Positions 61,568 through 64,000 of a stretch of 64,000 nt of DNA are shown here, piece after piece. The position numbers and the translations under genes are program-made. Origin of the DNA: Stegostoma tigrinum. Taxonomy: Eukaryota. The stretch is taken from contig NC_081368.1 of NCBI RefSeq assembly GCF_030684315.1, positions 68,355,754 to 68,419,753 of the forward strand, in the 5' to 3' direction. The stretch's first letter is position 1, and every line of letters starts with the position of its first letter. Below the pieces are notes generated by a model, which had not been told where the DNA came from, did no database searches, and worked only from the letters and a program-made list of their open reading frames with translations.

Positions 61568-61836
61568 GTGTGTGTGTGTGTGTGTTGGGGGTGGGGGGGG
61601 GCGTTATGACCATTTTGTCTGTATAAATCAATAAATTATTCCCCTTCATTTGTTTCTTTTTACTGTAAAATTGCTACAGTACCTCCACCATTTTTGTAAA
61701 CCAGGTAAGGGAATCGCCAGATATTACCCAGTCCCACAGTGTAGCCAATCACTGAGAGCAAGTAGTCAGCTTTCAAGGCCCAGGTACCTCGCCGTACATT
61801 CTCGTCATTTTTCTCCTGGTCCTCAGGATTTTCAGT
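6647..61836 (-). CDS. SLC6A14-like: SLC6A14-like (ATB0,+) sodium- and chloride-dependent amino acid transporter, spliced; 13 coding exons traced, first coding exon unresolved
   Basis: Manual splicing gives 609 aa without stops, with NSS/SLC6 motifs ([54 protein letters not shown]). Exon sizes 132/133/141/229/126/119/100/110 match the SLC6A14 pattern as I recall it. Ortholog versus paralog status cannot be settled from sequence alone. Confidence 0.92.
6922..7095. mobile_element. Short palindromic PLE family 1 insertion with 17-bp TSD
   Basis: Inverted arms about 6923-7005 and 7010-7092; TCACACTGTATTCAAAT duplicated at 6905-6921 and 7096-7112. Confidence 0.88.
7260..7700 (+). mobile_element. 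Old CR1 3' fragment
   Basis: LY..LVRP.LE..VQF-like remnants and CR1-type 3' sequence. Confidence 0.55.
7855..8345. repeat. Degenerate C/A-rich minisatellite (cctgctccagctcagcaat-like unit, about 20-25 bp)
   Basis: Repeated ctgctccagctc and gcatcaac motifs. Confidence 0.6.
9192..9372. mobile_element. Older palindromic PLE family 1 variant
   Basis: gaggaacacagcaggccaggcagcatcagag...gttgac versus gtcaactttcctgctcctctgatg...gtgttcctc inverted arms; degenerate CTGAAGAAGGGTC core. Confidence 0.75.
10595..10765 (+). mobile_element. HE1-type V-SINE, 5' part
   Basis: tRNA-like head followed by V-domain-like tttgcatattctcccctgtctttgtgggtttcct...ccaaacatgtgcag. Confidence 0.7.
11030..11326. repeat. 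Compound (CA)n/(CT)n microsatellite
   Basis: Directly visible. Confidence 0.97.
11327..11468. other. Assembly gap (142 N)
   Basis: Run of N. Confidence 1.
12553..13386. mobile_element. Young palindromic non-autonomous PLE family 1 element: tandem 281-bp units plus inverted copy, 14-bp TSD
   Basis: About 12589-12985 is the near-perfect reverse complement of about 12995-13386; internal period 281 bp; TCACCCATAGTTCT at 12539-12552 and 13385-13398. Confidence 0.92.
13014..13041 (+). ncRNA. Minimal type-I hammerhead ribozyme core (identical cores at 13295-13322 +, 12653-12680 -, 12934-12961 -)
   Basis: CUGAUGA-A-[GGGU CCAG GCCC]-GAAA-CG-UC: conserved core boxes, stem II, loopless palindromic stem III, GUC triplet; stem I only about 2 bp. 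Confidence 0.7.
14400..14880. repeat. Degenerate pyrimidine-rich minisatellite (ctgtgctccagaatcttt-like unit)
   Basis: Recurrent ctccagaat and ttccagaat motifs. Confidence 0.55.
14977..15275. mobile_element. Palindromic, partly tandem PLE-like family 2 insertion with imperfect 11-bp TSD
   Basis: Inverted arms; ATTTCCA(A/G)GCA at 14966-14976 and 15276-15286; HHR-like GTT-CTGAGTA-T-GGGTC ACCG GGCCC-GAAACGTT-AAC at about 15138-15173. Related solo copies near 22300-22425, 30640-30720, 47345-47440 and 54365-54500. Confidence 0.75.
15436..15606 (-). CDS. SLC6A14-like: SLC6A14-like exon 13 (TM12), 171 nt
   Basis: ttttttag|CTA...CAG|gtaaga; [57 protein letters not shown]. Confidence 0.95.
15699..15808 (-). 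CDS. SLC6A14-like: SLC6A14-like exon 12 (TM11), 110 nt
   Basis: gttcacag|GG...ACT|gtgagt; [37 protein letters not shown]. Confidence 0.95.
16037..16136 (-). CDS. SLC6A14-like: SLC6A14-like exon 11 (TM10), 100 nt
   Basis: ttttag|TCT...TAT G|gtaagc; [33 protein letters not shown]. Confidence 0.95.
16650..16942. mobile_element. Tc1/mariner-pogo (Tigger-like) MITE, 293 bp
   Basis: TIRs CAGGAAGTTCTTGCTTAATGT and ACATTAAGTGAGGACTTCCTG (3 mismatches in 21), flanked by TA at 16648-16649 and 16943-16944. Confidence 0.8.
17022..18222 (-). mobile_element. Young 5'-truncated CR1 LINE with an open RT C-terminal frame
   Basis: ORF 17109-18245: [48 protein letters not shown]; 3' UTR ending in (TTCTATG)n. 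Confidence 0.95.
18470..18850 (-). mobile_element. Family B LINE 3' fragment
   Basis: Reverse complement of the caccac...gggatgggcaat tail and upstream sequence seen at 46750-47135. Confidence 0.7.
19250..20320 (+). mobile_element. Degenerate CR1 ORF1 (SGNH/esterase-like) and start of ORF2
   Basis: Remnants [35 protein letters not shown], then ..YMNA..V. Confidence 0.6.
22534..22652 (-). CDS. SLC6A14-like: SLC6A14-like exon 10 (TM9), 119 nt
   Basis: tttcaccag|AA...GAG|gtacaa; [40 protein letters not shown]. Confidence 0.93.
23055..23350 (-). mobile_element. HE1-type V-SINE
   Basis: Minus strand: tRNA head (agtggctcagttgttagcactgctgcctcac...gggacccgggttgaattc), V-domain, CR1-like tail cacactgtagggatt. 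Confidence 0.8.
23995..25905 (+). mobile_element. CR1 LINE ORF2 with an internal deletion near 24785
   Basis: [69 protein letters not shown]. Confidence 0.93.
25940..26290 (+). mobile_element. tRNA-derived SINE sharing its 3' tail with the family B LINE
   Basis: A-box tggcctagtgg, B-box ggttcaaatcc, tail gggcaattagggatgggcaacaaatgctgcctagccagtgacacc...tgaatgaataaa; related minus-strand pieces near 10390-10580 and 63440-63520. Confidence 0.8.
26305..27090 (-). mobile_element. Family B LINE RT fragment
   Basis: [29 protein letters not shown]; reverse-complement similarity to 1010-1975. Confidence 0.75.
28240..28700 (-). mobile_element. L1/Tx1-like LINE ORF2 C-terminal fragment
   Basis: [19 protein letters not shown] and [16 protein letters not shown] resemble L1/Tx1-clade ORF2 ends (recalled similarity). 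Confidence 0.55.
29052..29177 (-). CDS. SLC6A14-like: SLC6A14-like exon 9 (EL4/TM8), 126 nt
   Basis: tgtctag|GC...GTA G|gtgagt; [42 protein letters not shown]. Confidence 0.95.
30305..30385 (+). mobile_element. PLE family 1 terminal fragment
   Basis: taggcccaaaacgtcagcttttgtgctcctaagatgctgcttggcctgctgtgttcatccagc. Confidence 0.8.
31209..31437 (-). CDS. SLC6A14-like: SLC6A14-like exon 8 (TM6-TM7), 229 nt
   Basis: ttttatcag|GTT...TCA G|gtacct; [76 protein letters not shown]. Confidence 0.95.
31860..32072 (+). mobile_element. Probable old tRNA-derived SINE
   Basis: tRNA-like head and SINE-like body; family not identified. Confidence 0.4.
33270..33690 (-). mobile_element. CR1 3' fragments and tail
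   Basis: Reverse-complement CR1 3' coding remnants; gaatccctacagtgcag tail. Confidence 0.6.
33718..34390 (+). repeat. Cluster of four co-oriented, about 90-120 bp tRNA-derived short elements
   Basis: Each has ...tcccta(c)...GGTT(C/G)AAG(T/A)(C/T)C..ctgctcc...ataacatctctgaacaggtt..ttagaaaa; copies at about 33718, 33838, 33946 and 34272. Confidence 0.7.
34730..35530 (+). mobile_element. CR1 LINE 3' fragment
   Basis: [28 protein letters not shown]; [14 protein letters not shown]; CR1 3' UTR. Confidence 0.85.
36226..36455 (-). mobile_element. HE1-type V-SINE 3' part
   Basis: V-domain and CR1-like tail with (TTCTA)n on the minus strand. Confidence 0.8.
36570..36750. mobile_element. Degenerate palindromic PLE-like family 4 element (related copy at 63200-63397)
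   Basis: agaagtc..acaac.ccag.tta.agt versus ctataa.ctggtgt.gtgtgacttct inverted ends; shared gactttgtccaccccagtccaacaccggcacct tail; decayed CTGATGA...ctccgaaa core. Confidence 0.6.
37206..37346 (-). CDS. SLC6A14-like: SLC6A14-like exon 7 (TM5), 141 nt
   Basis: tgtcag|GTG...CAG|gtaagc; [47 protein letters not shown]. Confidence 0.95.
38680..38812 (-). CDS. SLC6A14-like: SLC6A14-like exon 6 (TM4), 133 nt
   Basis: cattcag|T...AAG|gtaaaa; [44 protein letters not shown]. Confidence 0.95.
40766..40862 (-). CDS. SLC6A14-like: SLC6A14-like exon 5 (EL2), 97 nt
   Basis: tttttcag|AT...TGG GA|gtgagt; [32 protein letters not shown]; phase 1 in and phase 2 out bridges exons 4 and 6 exactly. Confidence 0.85.
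41300..43342 (+). mobile_element. Penelope-like retroelement (RT plus GIY-YIG endonuclease), 5'-truncated and frameshifted, ending in a family 1 terminal repeat
   Basis: [39 protein letters not shown], then [31 protein letters not shown] and [18 protein letters not shown]; terminal repeat 43218-43342. Confidence 0.92.
44461..45153. mobile_element. PLE family 3 insertion with inverted terminal repeats, GIY-YIG remnant and 9-bp TSD
   Basis: CAACTCACT at 44452-44460 and 45154-45162; arms about 44500-44700 and 44950-45150; remnant [33 protein letters not shown]; minus-strand HHR-like core at about 44543-44575. Confidence 0.78.
46135..46441. mobile_element. Young palindromic PLE family 3 insertion with 13-bp TSD
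   Basis: AGATCATCTAACC at 46122-46134 and 46442-46454; inverted arms about 46173-46296 and 46320-46444. Confidence 0.88.
46368..46401 (+). ncRNA. Minimal type-I hammerhead ribozyme core (family 3)
   Basis: CUGAUGA-U-[GUUACC UAGAAU GGUGAC]-GAAA-CG-UC with 6-bp stem II; the mirror copy at 46215-46248 (-) has C3 changed to U. Confidence 0.7.
47475..47770 (-). mobile_element. CR1 3' end
   Basis: catagagtcatagag tail; reverse complement of the 57850-58160 type sequence. Confidence 0.8.
48189..48312 (-). mobile_element. PLE family 1 solo terminal repeat
   Basis: Similar to 12553-12680 and to the reverse complement of 43218-43342. Confidence 0.75.
48430..51080 (-). mobile_element. Decayed Gmr1-like Ty3/gypsy LTR retrotransposon internal region (gag, protease, integrase)
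   Basis: Minus-strand remnants: [21 protein letters not shown]...VADDYEL (gag), CSYC zinc knuckle, [18 protein letters not shown] (protease), [35 protein letters not shown] (integrase). Confidence 0.8.
48885..49163 (-). mobile_element. HE1-type V-SINE inserted into the gypsy remnant
   Basis: tRNA head (cactgctgcctcacagcaccaggg), V-domain, CR1-like tail. Confidence 0.85.
51130..53550 (+). mobile_element. Degenerate CR1 LINE ORF2
   Basis: [64 protein letters not shown]. Confidence 0.88.
55316..55483 (-). CDS. SLC6A14-like: SLC6A14-like exon 4 (TM3/EL2), 168 nt
   Basis: attgaag|GT...ACA G|gtactg; [56 protein letters not shown]. Confidence 0.92.
55730..55885 (-). mobile_element. CR1-type 3' tail (similar piece at 60995-61185)
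   Basis: ataggaacagga...cctgctctgccattcaatatgatcacggc. Confidence 0.65.
55886..56075 (-). mobile_element. Deu-domain SINE (SacSINE1/AmnSINE1-like) central part; a 3' tail-like piece lies at 60750-60910
   Basis: Minus strand gagggaatgctgctctgtcaaagg...atgagac...taaaagat...gaagag...tgtccttggtcgatacttatccct resembles the Deu-domain consensus as I recall it. Confidence 0.65.
56440..58162 (+). mobile_element. Degenerate CR1 LINE (RT to 3' end)
   Basis: [30 protein letters not shown]; 3' tail tgtgactctatga. Confidence 0.9.
59795..59926 (-). CDS. SLC6A14-like: SLC6A14-like exon 3 (TM2), 132 nt
   Basis: cttccag|GT...CAA G|gtcagt; [44 protein letters not shown]. Confidence 0.95.
61522..61585. repeat. 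(GT)n microsatellite, about 32 units
   Basis: Directly visible. Confidence 0.97.
61683..61836 (-). CDS. SLC6A14-like: SLC6A14-like exon 2 (N-terminus/TM1), 154 nt
   Basis: ctcctgtag|ACT...GGA G|gtactg; [51 protein letters not shown]. Confidence 0.92.
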
Positions 61837-62409
61837 CTACAGGAGAGAAAAGAAACAGCATATTCAGGAAGTTAGAATTAAAATTTTTCTTTGCTGACCT
61901 AGGAAAAGAATGCCAAAAGCCCATGCCTTCCCAACACCAGAAACATGACCTTCTCACATTTGGTGGAGGTGGGGCAATCTGCATCACCCCTCCTCTCACC
62001 AACTCAGGGGGGAAGAAAGCTCCTGCACGGAGAGCTGATGGTCCTAGCAATGCCACGAAGTACAGTGGACAGGATCAGTACTGCAAGCAGTCCCCAGGGA
62101 GTCACAAGGAGTGACAAACTCAGGCAGACACAAGGCAATGAGAATTAGGGTTCGCGGAACACATAGCTAACAATTTATCCAAAATTCTGGACGTGAAACA
62201 AAGTACAGAAAGTTCAATTTGGAACCCGGGCATCTATTATACCATAATGGGGTGGGAGAGATCGAAAAGCATCCCAGAAAATCCTGCAAATCCTCCGAAG
62301 TAAAAACTGAAAGCTATAGAAATACTAAGCAGCATCTGAGCAAGGAGATACACGACTAAGTCTTCAAACCAAATTTAACTCTCATTACAAACTGTAAGAT
62401 AAAACTTGA

Positions 62410-63050
62410 GGAGAAGAATATTATTTAAATGGATGAAGACTGCAGAAAGCTGCAGCAGAGGGATTTTGGTGTCCTTGTGCATAAACCACAAAAAGATACT
62501 ACCAAGTTTAATGGGTAATAGGGAACTTGCCCTTCAATCCAAAGGGAATCAAGTATTAAAATAGAGAGATCTCACTATAACTATCCAAGGCACTAGATAT
62601 ACTATAGCTGGAATATTGTGAATTGCTTTGAGCCCTTTTCTAAAGGACGGTATACTGGCATTGGTGGCAGTCCAGAGAAGATTTACTTAGTTGATTCCAT
62701 GTGTGAAGGGATTTCCTCATGGGGAGAGTTTGAGCAAGGTGATTTGGCAGTTAGAAGAATGAGGAGGCATCTAAGTGAAACTTAAAACTCAATTCAAGAT
62801 TTTTAGGTGACATGACAGGGTAATCTGACAGGTCATTTCCCCTAGTAGGAGGGTCGAGCTTCGATGGGCATAATCTCAGAATAAGGGCTTTCAGGTTTAA
62901 AACAGAAATAAGGAAGAATTTCCTCCCTCAAAGGATACTTAATCTGTGGCTTTTTTTTCTTCCCCCACAGTGGGCTGGGCACATTTGAGGCTGGGGCAGA
63001 TTGTTCATTATTAGAGTCAATGATTAACATATCAGCTACGATCTCACCGA
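62410..63050 (+). mobile_element. Old CR1 3' fragment
   Basis: Remnants of DLGVLVH, LY.ALD..LEYC, LVAVQRRFT, FKTEIRKNF. Confidence 0.7.
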
Positions 63051-63524
63051 AAGGATATCTCCAATGTATTACAGTTTAGAGTTCACCATTGTAGAAAGAA
63101 GATCATTCCCATTCTGGAAACGAAGACAGAAATGAAGATGTTGCTGGCTGGACCAAGATTTGTTGCCCACCTTAATTCCCTGCCCCCTCAAACCAAGTCC
63201 GAAGTCACACAACAATAGGTTATAGTTGTACAGGTTTACTTAAATTCACAAGCTTTGTCAGGTGAAGACATAATACTCCAGCTTACAAAGCAGCAGCGCT
63301 CCGAAATCTTGTGACTTTTAATAAACCTGTTGGACTTGTAACCCGGTGTCATGTGACTTCTGACTTCGTCCATCCCAGTCAAACACTGGCACCTCCATAT
63401 GAAGGCTACCTTGAGAAATATGGCAATTTCATACTGCGGTTAATAGCCAACCAGATTTCTATGGGTCACTTTTATACCAGACCAAATAAAGACAGCCTTG
63501 TCTTCTCTAAGGGGCATTTTACTA

Positions 63525-63800
63525 TCTCTCTTTCCAGGCAGGAGTGTGGAGCAGGGTGGCATTAAATGCACCCTGGTTGATATGCAGGCATGGCATGAAA
63601 ATGTGGAGATATGCTGCAAACGTTCCCTCAATGCCCAGCTAGTGTATGAATATAATCAGCATATCATTCTTGTCTATGTTCGGGCAGTCGTCGCAATGCC
63701 TGTATTCTGCTCAATCTCCTTTCCCTTCAGTACAAGTGACCACGAGAGAACGCAGTGTGGCTTCTGGAAGGATGCAGGATCTCCATGGATCACTGGGCCA
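63525..63800 (+). mobile_element. PIF/Harbinger transposase remnant
   Basis: ORF 63498-63842 GGIKCTLV...SLNAQLVYEYNQHIILVYVR resembles Harbinger GAIDCTHV...SLNVQLVCD...I..V.AR; the first catalytic Asp is lost. Confidence 0.5.
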
Positions 63801-64000
63801 CACAATGTAATTCAGTCGATCAATGTGCTTTCACCAAGCTGAAATAACCCGGATAGGATGTCAGACTTGCCATAGGGTTTTTCACAAGTTATCATGGCCA
63901 ACTACATTCTGCACAACCACTGAGTTACTGCACAGTGCTTCCTGGTAGAGATACAGAATAGAAATCTGGAATAGAATAGAATGGGAATAGCCTTCATTGT

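Noticed and set aside
61832-62056. 74-aa minus-strand ORF as an unspliced N-terminus of the transporter
   Set aside because: It is out of frame with exon 2 and stops at 61832; its candidate donors are phase 2.

Overview
Eukaryotic, repeat-rich vertebrate DNA. The repeat families (HE1-type V-SINEs, Deu-domain SINEs, abundant CR1 LINEs, Penelope-like elements) point to a cartilaginous fish (shark); this is an inference. One host gene spans almost the whole window on the minus strand: an SLC6A14/ATB0,+-like Na+/Cl--dependent amino-acid transporter. I traced 13 coding exons (61836 to 6647; all GT-AG, phase-compatible; 1830 nt, 609 aa plus stop); the first coding exon is unresolved. Gating and chloride-site residues are intact, but several substrate-pocket positions in TM1, TM3, TM6 and TM8 are strongly remodelled. 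The introns hold decayed CR1 and other LINEs, SINEs, a Gmr1-like gypsy remnant, a Tc1/pogo-type MITE, a Harbinger fragment and Penelope-like elements (PLEs). Several short PLE-derived inserts are fold-back palindromes with 9-17 bp target-site duplications (TSDs) and carry minimal type-I hammerhead ribozyme (HHR) cores. The most striking is a very young, roughly 830-bp palindrome (12553-13386) with four HHR cores, two per strand, spaced 281 nt apart. Exon coordinates were read base by base; repeat boundaries are approximate.
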